Source: Candidatus Latescibacterota bacterium
GTDB taxonomy: Bacteria > Krumholzibacteriota > Krumholzibacteriia > WVZY01
DNA length: 64,000 nt
Assembly: GCA_963791045.1 (NCBI GenBank)
Contig: CAWBQK010000013.1
Span: 32,001-96,000, forward strand
Direction: 5' to 3'
The position numbers and the translations under genes were made by a program. The notes under the pieces were generated by a model. The model saw only the letters and a list, made by a program, of their open reading frames with translations, was not told the origin of the DNA and did no database searches. Shown here piece by piece: positions 30,301 to 40,089 of the stretch (its first letter is position 1; each line of letters opens with the position of its first letter).

Positions 30301-31344
30301 CACATCGGCGCCCAGATGCACGCTGTCGTACCGGTTGCCGAACGTTGCACTGGCAGCGTCGAGCGTGACACCATAGCTTCCCGCCGCCGCGCCGACAGGC
30401 GCGACCACAACAACGCGGTAGTCCGCCGTCTCACCGGGCGAGAGAGTCCCGGTTGTGAACGGGAACGCGGAGAGGCCGCTACCCGTATCGAGCCACACGT
30501 CCCAACCAGCGGGAGGCGTAACCGAAAGTTCATAAGTGTCCGCGTCAAGACCTTCGTTCTCCACGCGGAGATCATAGAAAATCGTGTCGCCGGGCAAGGC
30601 GCTCCAGATCGAGAATCCGCCCCCACCGGATCCGATCGCGCCGAATTCGTCATTACCGTTTCCATCCACGGCGAGGTCGACAAATTTCCGAAAGATAACC
30701 GACACATCGTCGACATACGACCACGTTTCCCAGAGATGATCGTTGGTATTTGCCTGCTGGAAGTAAACGCGAATCGTCTGCCCCGCATAGGCGGACAAGT
30801 CGAACCCGGCGGGCGCGACGCCATCGTCGCTAAACCATCCGCTGTCCTTGAAAATGTAACTTGGGTCTGTGAACATCAACGACAACACCGACTCCAGCGT
30901 GTTGTTCGCCGTGTCCCTGATCTCGGCGTCGAACGGATCGTACGGGTCCGTGTCATAACCCTGCTGCCGGACCTGGTAGGACAACGTGGCGATGGAGATG
31001 TCCGCCGGAATCGTGACGTCCTGATACATAAAGCCGACGGCGCTCTTACGTTCGCGCGAGTACTTGAATCCCAGCCGCGCCGAGTAGCTGCCCGTGTAAG
31101 GCATGTCGGGAACAACGAGATGATCGGCAAGCGCAGGATTGAAATTGGTCCCGCGGAATGCGCCGTGAACCCAGTACGGCCCGAAGTCGCCGGTCTCGAA
31201 TGACCCGTTCTGGATTAGCTCTCCCGCGAACGCGACATGGGGAATCAGAACCAGCCCGATGATCACGAGACACACGGCGGCGCACACGATTCCGGAGTTT
31301 CCACTCCGGCGCTCCACGCCGTTTACTGCCGTTGAAATATTCAT
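27331..31344 (-). CDS. Large secreted adhesin-like protein: jelly-roll N-terminus, six ~130-aa Ig-like repeats, SdrD-B-like domain, C-terminal truncated DUF11 domain (putative pilus tip)
   Basis: Signal peptide, ELIQNGSFETG, six VD(L/M/A)xxDGxGxGxFG repeats, TGIVFDDENHDG, LQKQVD..AQPGDVLTYTISYTNTG...LVYRVIVK-stop. Confidence 0.75.
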   Translation of the reverse strand: MNISTAVNGVERRSGNSGIVCAAVCLVIIGLVLIPHVAFAGELIQNGSFETGDFGPYWVHGAFRGTNFNPALADHLVVPDMPYTGSYSARLGFKYSRERKSAVGFMYQDVTIPADISIATLSYQVRQQGYDTDPYDPFDAEIRDTANNTLESVLSLMFTDPSYIFKDSGWFSDDGVAPAGFDLSAYAGQTIRVYFQQANTNDHLWETWSYVDDVSVIFRKFVDLAVDGNGNDEFGAIGSGGGGFSIWSALPGDTIFYDLRVENEGLDADTYELSVTPPAGWDVWLDTGSGLSAFPFTTGTLSPGETADYRVVVVAPVGAAAGSYGVTLDAASATFGNRYDSVHLGADVLLATYGADMAVEGNGFGVVGDDGAGGFSIQTDVWNNTVSYAIELRNTGMAPATFDVTWAADPGAVSEIVYAGATYSSPFTTQIVAAGATAVMTLEVTVPSPETGGDYSTIVAAAVIQDPLKNDSIEATLRLDAPRVDMIVGSNGDGIYDDTQSGLGGSSSSVSQKSTEVVFPVTIQNEAGVSDAFTLTWDRPTGNWKAVLVVGGVDYSFPYTTATIPAHGELSVELKIIVPGNAKNGTWSSFLHAESGVDSRVSESVTAAVSITEEGQVDMIIDGSGEGVFGPVGTGLGGNSLRTVAPGDSVTFIVELLHPSGADAADISWNTPPGWRVTFDNRTSPVAGYPEGVYELKAVVPLDATGGLVDIIVDAEKSDRRYYMDSVLGRLQVYPVTVVDAVIDGNGDGVFGLLGSGGGGLSLQTQAAPSVLNFTLELQNEGGDPDQYTVTWNDIPFWNAALNSSSTPYTTGLIPAGATGLYTFEVVLPSGAFPGDYSYVIDVVADSDPTVVESVEARITVVGPPRIDLIIDGSGSGIFGELGTGDGGQSIRPANAGGSYSALLEARNVGSFADSFYVYWELPAGWPAGSVVLSDGFASYSGPFWTTMIGAGGSLNFTVDVQVPVTAVAGVFPSIINAYSSLPPNSPESVRLVTQTGAVVTGIVFDDENHDGIYDPGEAGIGGVTVVENNSGLTLVTGGDGRFTFVNGGGAPITLFEQNLPGFVSISPDTVGPATVDAGDTLTVNFADVLGIRLSTGAVLNGVAGSYVDFPHRLDAGTSGAVVLSAAADSGVVTMFLLDENGNGVFDGADRALQPGDLDMDPTAGRDHVNLFLRVFVPTSSTPGTTHQVLIDAVQSIGGTPLVATAQAADAVLVVDGTVGLLVLQKQVDLDEAQPGDVLTYTISYTNTGADSVQSVLILDAVSAFVDPMSDAFGAGLDVEWHKDAAPVEYLTLDPADGDECEYSVSERLLRVTFSRNSAYVLAPGETGELVYRVIVK

Positions 31345-31345
31345 C

Positions 31346-34300
31346 CTAGAACTTGTAATCATTGAACATCCAGTCAGAGAGAATCAGTTGAACCCTTATG
31401 CCAAATCCTTTTTGCCACGCGTCGTTTTCTGAAAGATCCCGATCTTCGAATCCGCCGACACTGTACCCGGCGCCGATCCTCACGCGATCGAAGAAGAGAT
31501 AACCGAGCTCGGCGCCCGACCCGATCTGCCTCGTCCCAACATCGACCTGCCCGAGGAACCGCACCCACAAATCCACGTCCCAGTTACGGGCAAACCGGAA
31601 CACGTACTGGGACAACAAGAGATAGTTGCGGCTCGTCTCCGAAATTCCCGTGCTGTAATTCTCGACACGTTTCGCGGCGAGTTTGAAACGCAATTCGTGC
31701 GCGTTGTGCGGTATCACGTTGATATCCGTCGACGCGATCAGCTTCCACACGATCGCCTCGGGATCCACCGGCGAGTAGCGGTCGTACTCGGTTCTCAAGA
31801 GGAAGAGAGACCGGAACGGGGTAACCAGCGGGCGGTACACACCGGCGAGCCGGCCGTCCATGCGAAGCGACGTCTCCCGGTCATCGAATGTTGAAATCGA
31901 TATCGCATCTTTAAAAATCACCGACATACCCTTGTCAAATTCTTTTCCCGCATTGAGCTTCAACACATGACGGTTGGACGCCCGCTGCCAGCGGTATTCG
32001 TATTGGGCCTCGACGAGCGACTTGCCCCGCTTGATCCGGTTGAGCCCCGTCTTAACAGCGACATATTCGTCGTCGACCTGGCTTGAGAACGACCGGTACC
32101 CCTCGATATCAAACATCGCGGCGAGATCCCAGGTGATCGGGAACGTTTGTTTCATTCCCATGATTGTTCCCATTCGCTTGTCGTTCGCCGTCCGGTTCAT
32201 CGCGTACTTCGTATACAGCTTCGAATTCTGACCCGTCTGCGCCTCGATGCCGGTGAGCAGCTGGTGGGTCGCAGGCCGGTTGTGCGCCGACAAGTACTCG
32301 TGCGTCGCCACGACCCGGTATCTCTGGAGGAAGCGGTACGACAAAGCCGAAGTCAAACGGTCGGGATACTCATCGACAATATCCGCGCCCTGGTTCCGCT
32401 CCCAATGCGTCCGAAGTTCCGCGCTGCGGCCGGCGCGGACGCCGGCGTCAAGCATGGTGAGAAAACTGCTGCTCTCGATACTTTCCTTGTCCTGCGTCGC
32501 CGCCCTGAGGCCCGCGCCAAACATCAGGGTCTTCCCTTCGTACTTTCCAAGCACGTCCACATTGCCAAGACGGTCGCCGCTATTGTCATTCCGGTGTTTG
32601 AAACCGTGCGAGTCGATGGACAGGTCGTTGCTTATTCTCAAGTGCGAGTCAAACCCCGCCTTTTCGCTGTAAAGCTCGCGCGAAGCTCCGGCAAACGACG
32701 GGTTGAGGAAATTGCCGTCGACCTTGCGGAGATAAACCGAGTGCTCACCCATGAGTTTTTTCGTGCCCGCCATCACGCGAAACGCGTTGCCTTCGCCGGC
32801 GATGTCGTCCTCGCTTCGAGCAAACTCGCCCCCCAGATCGAGCCAGCCTATCGAGTATCCGCCATCGAAGCCGTAGAGCGAATAATCCGAAAGATGCCCG
32901 TCCTTGGCGATCGCGGTCACGCCGAGCTTGAAACGGCCGCTCTGTGCCAGTGCGCCTCGGATCCCGTAGAGATAGTCTCCCTCTTCCGACGATTCCGCCT
33001 CGTAGATGGCGACGATCCTTACCGGGTTCAATTCGCGCGTGAATGCGGGAATCGGCTCTTTGAAAAGAATCGCGCCGTTGAAATAGTTGACGGTGAAGTC
33101 CCGATGTTCAGTGAGGGGCCTGATCTCTAGAATTCTCTCGGACTGGTAGCGGTCGCGCACCTGGAGCATGAGGTTTACAGAGTTTTCCACGACGGGCGAT
33201 TTCGACAGGAAGTAGAACCCGCTGGTGCCGTCACCCTGGATTTCATCCTGGACGGTAAAGAAATCCGTTTTGGTCACGAACGCTTCGACACCGGCGTTCC
33301 CAGAAACGATGGCGCCGTTGAGGCCGGTGGCTGATTTCTTGTAGGTGAGAAATTCTCCCTCGGTAAACGGCGACCGGAAGTCTCCGTATCGCAAGAAGGA
33401 CTGCCCCTTCTCGAGGGCGATGTAATTGCCGCCCTGCGCGGGCGCCTCGTAGTGAAGCTCGGACGCGTCGCCGTACGCCGTGTACTGACGCTCGGGGTTG
33501 AAAGTCTGAAGGAGCGGATCGTCGTAGCGCTTATCGGTGTCGATACGCGCGGTCAAATTGATTCCCGCGTACGACGTCCCCTGGATAAAGAAACGCGACT
33601 CGCCTTTGAATCGAACACCCTCGTAGTAATCTTCGAGACCCAACGGATCGCCGCTCCCCGATGAGCTGAAAGCGCCGAGACGCCCCTCGATGATTCCCGA
33701 CATAAACATCGACCGGTGTGCCGGAACAAAAGCGACAACACATGTCGCCCTGTAACCGTGCGACTCGACGACAATATTCCGGCGCCCCGTTGTCAGGCTC
33801 GGCCGGATGTGCACGAGGAACTGTCCGTTCTCGCTCGAAATCTGCAGGCCGCGCTGATCCGGATCTTCGTCGGAGTTAGTAACAAGCGAATCGCCTTCGA
33901 TCACGGTGGCTATGAGACCGTTTATCGTCGGGAGACCGAGTTCGTCGCGGAGTTCGACCAGAATCGTCTCGCGTGACTGCCCGTCCGCGGGAAGGATGAC
34001 ACGATCGGGCACTATCGCGATATCCACGGGTTTGCCCGCGAGCGCGACCGACACGCTGTCGACAATCGTTTCGGCTCCATTGACGGGGGTCGCTTCGAGT
34101 CGAGGCGTGTTCCAACCGTTCTTGATGCGCACGGCGTAATAAGTGATCTCTTCGAATCGTTCGTCGAGATGGATTTCTTTTTTACCGATCCGGTCCGCGG
34201 GAACGAGTTCGTCACCGCTGAACAATTCGTACTTGCTGCCCAGCGGGACCCGGGCCGTGACTTCGATCTGGTCGCGCTTAATCACAACCGATCGGTCGGG

Positions 34301-37282
34301 CGGGTCAAGGAGTCCGAGCGCCTTTACCTTGTCCTGGCCGCCGCGTTCGTCCGGCGGACTCTGTTCAGCATCGCCGGCAACTCCGTTCGCTCCGCCAACG
34401 GAATAACTCGCCGTGCTGTCCCCGGGGGCAAAACCGACACCGGCGGCGCGCAAACGCATGGCGAGATCTTTGTCCTCTTCCCACGAAACCAGCGTGTAAT
34501 ACTCCGTCTCTTTGCCGCCCCATCCGTGGGCGAATGGCTCGAGGACGACCGTGGAATCGAGCCACGATGACGAAGCGTCGGGAACGTCCGGCCACGCGGG
34601 CTCGGTAATCGACCGGTTTGCTTCACGCCACGGGACTTTGCGGCTCGTGCTTGTCTCCACGCTTCCCAAATCCGCCCGCGTACTCGAACCACCATACGAA
34701 CTCGATCATCCGCCCCCGTGTCCCCGACCGTCGAGTTGAATCCGACAACGGAACGAATCTCGCGCACCCGATGCGTGTCGGACGCCGCCGCGGTAAACGA
34801 CACCTTGCACTCGATTCCGCGCGATCGGGCAAATCCACCGACGACATATCGGCCATCGACTTCGGCGATCCTCCCCGCCGCACGTGACGCGCGTCTTTGC
34901 GTCATCGAACACATCCGGGATTTCGAGCGCGAGATCAATCTCGACCGGGATTATCGCGTCGGAGGAGATTCCCCAAATCACAAACACGTGGAACGAATCG
35001 GCGACGGTTGTCACGTTACTCATGTCGGCTTCGACACGGTCGATTTCCGCATGGTCCTCGACACCGGTTCCCGGCGGAACAAAACTGACCTCGACACGAC
35101 GGTTCTCTGCGCGGCCTTCGCGCGTCGTGTTCGTCGCCACCGGCGTAGTGTCGCCGTGGCCTCGTGCGACGATCCGCTCTTGGGGAATCCCTTTGGCGGA
35201 CAGATACCGCTTAACCGCGCCGGCACGCGCCTCGGAGAGTTCCTGGTTCGAAGCAAATTCCGCGTTGTGGATCGGAATGCTGTCGGTGTGACCTTCCAGA
35301 TAGACGATCCAACCAGGATTCTTCTCGAGAAATTCGACAATCGGGTTGAGATAGTGCAGCGTCCCGGTTTTCAGATACGATTTGCCGATTTCGAACAGCG
35401 AACTTGGAATTGACGGCATCCGGTAAAGGGCCTGTTGTTGTTTCCGGATGCTCACCATTTCCTGGCAGGATATCTGACGCGACACCCGCGGCCTTTCGCG
35501 GGCCCGTTCGGGCATCGGGAATGACACCACCGCGTGGCCGCTGGGGATCATGTGGACCAACCGTTCGGTGCCGAACACTGCGTTGGTTTTTGTGGATATG
35601 GCCTCGATGTCGACGATGTCGGGCGCGAGCGTGCTTTCATCGATCCGGATTACACGAAAACCGGAAAACACCCACGGGACCGAGAAGCGCCCCGTCGAGT
35701 CGGTCAACGCGTACTCCCCGCTCTCGAGAAATACGCCGACCCTCGGGAGTCCCCTCTCTCCGTGATCACGCTTGCCGTTTTTGTTTGCGTCGACAAACAC
35801 ATCGCCAAGGAGGAAACCCTCGTCACCAAACATATCGTTTGCAATCTTGAGCGCGTTGACCACGGGCCCCGCGTAAAGATTGCGCGCGAGCGCCGTGCCG
35901 ACAGCGTTTCCGGTGATCTTCGTCCAGCCGTTCTTGACGCGACTGTTTGCGACAAACTTGATCACCGCCTGCCGGCGTTCCCCGGGAGCGAGTGATCCAA
36001 CCTGCCATGCGAGGGTCTTTCCGTCGAGCTCAAAATCCGGACTCGAGAGAAACTCGAGTGTCGGCTGAACCGTTTCGTCCACAACGACATTGTCGGCGCG
36101 GACGCTGTCGCTCCGGTTGGCAACCGCGACAACCAGGGTGACGATGTCACCGAAGGCCGCCGTGTTTTCTTTGAAAGTTTGTTCGAGACTGAGAACCGCC
36201 GACGGGTTGAACGGTTCGGCAAGAACAATCCGGTCGATTGTTTCGTTCGTCCGCGTCGTGTCGAGGAGCGAACGCGCTCGCAGACGAATCGATAACGAGT
36301 CCTGCCCGACGTGATAGAACGACTCATCTTCGGTGGTGACGTGAACTTGAAGCGTCCGTCTTTCACCGCTTTCCAGCTGACCGAGAAGCACCGCGCCCGA
36401 ACTGGCAGGAACCGTTCGAAGCCCGTTGCCGGCGCTGTCCCGCACGGTTACCTGAACCCCGGGCGGCCAACCGGTCGAATCGGCGGGCTCGATCCGAATT
36501 ATGTCCGGATCGCGGCCATCGTTAAGAATTTCGTTTTCAAAAACAAGTGTCTGCGTCGACACTCCAACGCTGCGGCGCGTGACGTCATCGGGACTACCCT
36601 CTCCGCCCGGCAACGCCTTCGCGTTCTCGAGCGGTCCGACGTGAAGCGGTTGGACTGGATCCGCCTGTGTGAGAATGTGAACAACGCTCGATGCCCGGCG
36701 CTCGAGCGTGTCGACACCCGTGGCCGCCGAAATATCGACATAACTATCCCCACCACCCTGCCCCGAAGTGAGAACGTACATCGTTCCCAGGTCCGTCGAC
36801 TCTCCGGGCCCGAGGTTGAGGAAGGATCGGTCTTCCTCTCCGGGATCGAAAGCGGAATTCCCGTTCGAATCGTGATAGAAAACGACATCACTGATTCCAA
36901 TCGTCGACGCGGACAAGATCGCGTGATCGACCGAGATCGAATCGGCGACGTTCCCCAGGTTTCGCACCACGAAACCGCACTGAACGGTATCCGCCTCGAA
37001 ACCGAACAGCGAATACGCGGGACTCGCTACCGTGCCGGCCGGCGTAAGCGAAATCTGGAAGAAAGGACCCACTGGTGTGGTCGCCGGATTGGACCGAACG
37101 GCGTGTCGGAAGCCGTTCTGAGTGTACTCGGCGCTGGACTGGGAAATGATTTCATAACCAAGAGGCGGGACGGCGGCCTGCACGTTTTGCCAAACAAAAA
37201 ACACCCCTACGACGACCCAACACCATAACAGGCGCTTTAACAATGGGTTATAGGGATGAATTCTCACTTGATGATCTCTCAA
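31346..37282 (-). CDS. About 1978-aa DUF11/SdrD-B/OmpA plus C-terminal beta-barrel protein (putative pilus base/usher-like), interrupted by two compensating frameshifts (about 34871 and about 34700)
   Basis: ORFs 34706..37282 and 31346..34669 share a frame, separated by one TGA; plausible sequence runs in the adjacent frame between them. OmpA motifs EGHTDS, NQELSEARA, NRRVEV; GDVFVDANKNG; YGDAS, YGDF; alternating barrel-type strands, ends in F. Confidence 0.7.
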
Positions 37283-37308
37283 GGATACAATCCGCCATAT
37301 ACGGGGCT

Positions 37309-37340
37309 GGCGGATGAATGGCTGAAGCCACTCATCCGCC
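37309..37340 (-). promoter_or_regulatory. Intercistronic stem-loop without U-tract after the shaft gene
   Basis: Minus strand GGCGGATGAGTGGC-TTCA-GCCATTCATCCGCC. Confidence 0.6.
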
Positions 37341-37376
37341 TGCCTTGCTCAAATATTGTCCGTCTTGTCGGACGAA

Positions 37377-40079
37377 CTACTCGGCAATGATCCGAACTAT
37401 AAAACTCACACCGGTTGCTGACGCTCCACCGGGTTCAAGAACTCCGGCGAGAACAAAACGCACATGCGTAACGTTCGCGTCGAAGTTGACCGGTGCACCG
37501 CCACCACCGCTGACCGGCGTGTACGTCCACGACGTACCGCCGTCATTCGAATACTGCGGCGTTACGCCGGTAATCGAAGCCGGTGGTGTGCCAGGGTCAA
37601 CGGAACCGACACGGAACTGCGTGAACGCCGGAACCGCGTCTATGACCGCAAGGGTCTGAAGCGAATCCGTTCCGAGGTTCTGATAGTCCGTGGTGTATGT
37701 AAGCTCCGAGCCCGGTGTTTGCGGGCCCGCGGGAGCCACTGCCTTGGTGATCTGGAGATCACCGGCTGTTATCAACGTGATGTCGATCGCGTCGTCGCTC
37801 ACGAGCGTGACGTTGCCTGTAGCGGTCAACGTGCCCGTCTCAACCGTTCCAACGGTCGCCGTACCGGGAACCATGACCTGAGCGATAACCGTAACGCTGG
37901 CGCCGGGGTTGAGCGTTACATCGGCCAGAGGGTTGTTGAGCGTATCGTAGAACAGATACGTCCATCCCTGCGACGAGACGTACGACAGCGCGAACGTATC
38001 GGCCACGTTACCGGTATTGGTTACCGTGTGCGTGTAGCGGATCGTCCCGCCGGGTGTCGTGCTCCCGTTCTGATCGGGAGAGAAATCAACCGCCGCAAAG
38101 TTGTTTATCGTAACTGTGTTGGCGATAGTGTCCAGAATGGTTCCGTTGGCAACCGAGGTCGCTGTAAACGACACGGGGTTGATACCCGGAGCCGCACCCG
38201 CAGGAACATCCACACGGGCGACGATATTTACCTCGGCTCCACCCGCGATCGGTCCCACCGATACCAGTGTCGTGGTTTCGCCGGGATCGAGCACACCGTT
38301 GCCGTTGGGATCGTCGTAGAACGTGACGTTCCATCCCGCGGGCACCGCATAGGTGAGCGTGTAGGAATCGCTTCCCCCACCCGTATTAACAACATCGAGC
38401 GGGAAATCAACCGACGTCGCCGGGTCGGCGGGCAGATCCAACGGATTGTTGTCCGTGCCCGGACCGGCAAGGTAGTTACCGATGTCCACGCTGACCGGCG
38501 TCACGTTGAGGACGCGATCAGTCGTAAGGTTGAACTCGGTTGGATCGATCGTCGACTGGGCACGGATAACCGCGTCAAACGGTCCGCCGGCAGCCTGGCT
38601 GCCCGGGATTACCAGTCGAACGATAATGTCGACACTGTCGCCCGGCGCAACGGGGCCCACATCGGGGAGTCCGTCAAAACCGGTATCGGCGAGCGGAGTC
38701 ACGCCATCTGACTGGAGCAAAAGAACGCCCCAGGTGGCGGGAAGTGTCGACGCCGGATCGGTGAGAATATTGATCTGATCGGCGGCATTGCCGTCGTTTC
38801 TTACGGTATTGACGAAGTCCACGGTCGTGCCCGCATCGGCGTTGGCGAGAGTCTGGAGATCGTCGTTGTACAGGGGAGGCGTACCGGCACCGGCGTCACC
38901 GGCAGGACCGATTACGATGTCCGCGAGACCGCCGATGGTCACCAGCGCGTTATTCGAAACGATCGTTGTCGGATCCGGTGTCACGGCGGTGTTGTCGATA
39001 TAGGTCACGGCCGCGGTGTTACCCAGTGAACCGGCGCCCATGCCGATCGGAACGGTCGCCTGATACACAAAGTTGTAACCCTGACCCGGAATGATCGCGC
39101 CGTTGGTCACATAACCGACGGCAAGGTCGCCCGGCCCTGCTACGAGGCCCCAGTTCCATGTTTCGGGATCTCCAGCGGTCGACTCGCCGGCGGGAAGATA
39201 AAGAACCGTTCCACCCGCTGGCGTACCAAACGGCACACCGGAAATTGCGAGAGGATTTCCCGTCGAAGGATCGGTCGGAATAATATCCCAGAGCAACACA
39301 CCGGTAAGACCAACGGAACCAACGGTTACGCCGTTCGCGTTGTTGTTACCCGTGTTTGAACCGGAAAGCGTGTAGGTTACCTGGTTGCCTTCGAATACGA
39401 TCGCGGGCGCGGCGGCGAGATTGGCCGTCATTACCGCGTCGTTCACAACGTCGGTCCTGTGATAATTGCGTGTGTCGATCTGTGCCGCGTCTCCAACAGA
39501 GACACCGGTCACACCGACGTAAGCAAGTTCACCCGAAACGGCGGCCGCGGGCACTGTGTAGGCGACGATAACACTGATTGTCTGCCCGGCGGTGAGAATC
39601 CCCGTATTGCCCGAAATGCCCCCGGCGCTCAGAACGGGTTCACCAAGATCCACCATGCCGTTCGAGTTGAGATCGTGATAAATCGTGACATCGACGTTGT
39701 TGAGCAACATTGTTGAATTCGCAACGTCAACATTGGGAGACAACGTAAAGTCATCGTCGTCATTACCCGTGTTGGTCAGATCGTATCTATAATATACGGT
39801 CATGCCGGGCAGTGCATTCTGAGCCATCGCCGGAGTCAGGGGAGGCGTTTCACCCGAATCATCGGGGAGAATCGACACACCAAACACCGGAAGAACGATG
39901 GTGATGACTTCATTTGATGTCGCGGAATAATTGTTCCCACCCATGTCCTGGTAGGTCGCAGATGACCGGTTCCGGATCTGCGTACCGGCAGGCGTTGCCT
40001 GCGCAAAGACAGTTGTTGCCGTGACCGCGACGATCAACAGCAACATCACGGGAAGGGTGATGTAGACTCGTCTACTCAT
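37377..40079 (-). CDS. Secreted DUF11/conserved-repeat protein with N-terminal TPAGTxIxN extension and C-terminal truncated DUF11 domain (putative major pilin)
   Basis: Signal peptide, ATPAGTQIRNRSSATY...SNEV, repeated PGxxxxY...NTGN..D modules, DxNGNG loops, LQITKAV..PGSELTYTTDYQNLG..IDAVP...VSFIVRIIAE-stop; AAGGA RBS. Confidence 0.8.
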   Translation of the reverse strand: MSRRVYITLPVMLLLIVAVTATTVFAQATPAGTQIRNRSSATYQDMGGNNYSATSNEVITIVLPVFGVSILPDDSGETPPLTPAMAQNALPGMTVYYRYDLTNTGNDDDDFTLSPNVDVANSTMLLNNVDVTIYHDLNSNGMVDLGEPVLSAGGISGNTGILTAGQTISVIVAYTVPAAAVSGELAYVGVTGVSVGDAAQIDTRNYHRTDVVNDAVMTANLAAAPAIVFEGNQVTYTLSGSNTGNNNANGVTVGSVGLTGVLLWDIIPTDPSTGNPLAISGVPFGTPAGGTVLYLPAGESTAGDPETWNWGLVAGPGDLAVGYVTNGAIIPGQGYNFVYQATVPIGMGAGSLGNTAAVTYIDNTAVTPDPTTIVSNNALVTIGGLADIVIGPAGDAGAGTPPLYNDDLQTLANADAGTTVDFVNTVRNDGNAADQINILTDPASTLPATWGVLLLQSDGVTPLADTGFDGLPDVGPVAPGDSVDIIVRLVIPGSQAAGGPFDAVIRAQSTIDPTEFNLTTDRVLNVTPVSVDIGNYLAGPGTDNNPLDLPADPATSVDFPLDVVNTGGGSDSYTLTYAVPAGWNVTFYDDPNGNGVLDPGETTTLVSVGPIAGGAEVNIVARVDVPAGAAPGINPVSFTATSVANGTILDTIANTVTINNFAAVDFSPDQNGSTTPGGTIRYTHTVTNTGNVADTFALSYVSSQGWTYLFYDTLNNPLADVTLNPGASVTVIAQVMVPGTATVGTVETGTLTATGNVTLVSDDAIDITLITAGDLQITKAVAPAGPQTPGSELTYTTDYQNLGTDSLQTLAVIDAVPAFTQFRVGSVDPGTPPASITGVTPQYSNDGGTSWTYTPVSGGGGAPVNFDANVTHVRFVLAGVLEPGGASATGVSFIVRIIAE

Positions 40080-40089
40080 AGTCCTTACC

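Noticed and set aside
34706-34708. In-frame TGA between the two halves of the OmpA/barrel gene as selenocysteine or readthrough
   Set aside because: The ~55 codons before the TGA are Arg/Cys-rich nonsense while the adjacent frame is protein-like, so two compensating indels explain it better
7595-38711. Long antisense ORFs (e.g. 7595..8947, 15599..16927, 29644..31203, 37464..38711)
   Set aside because: Arg/Val-rich shadow frames of GC-rich real genes with no motifs
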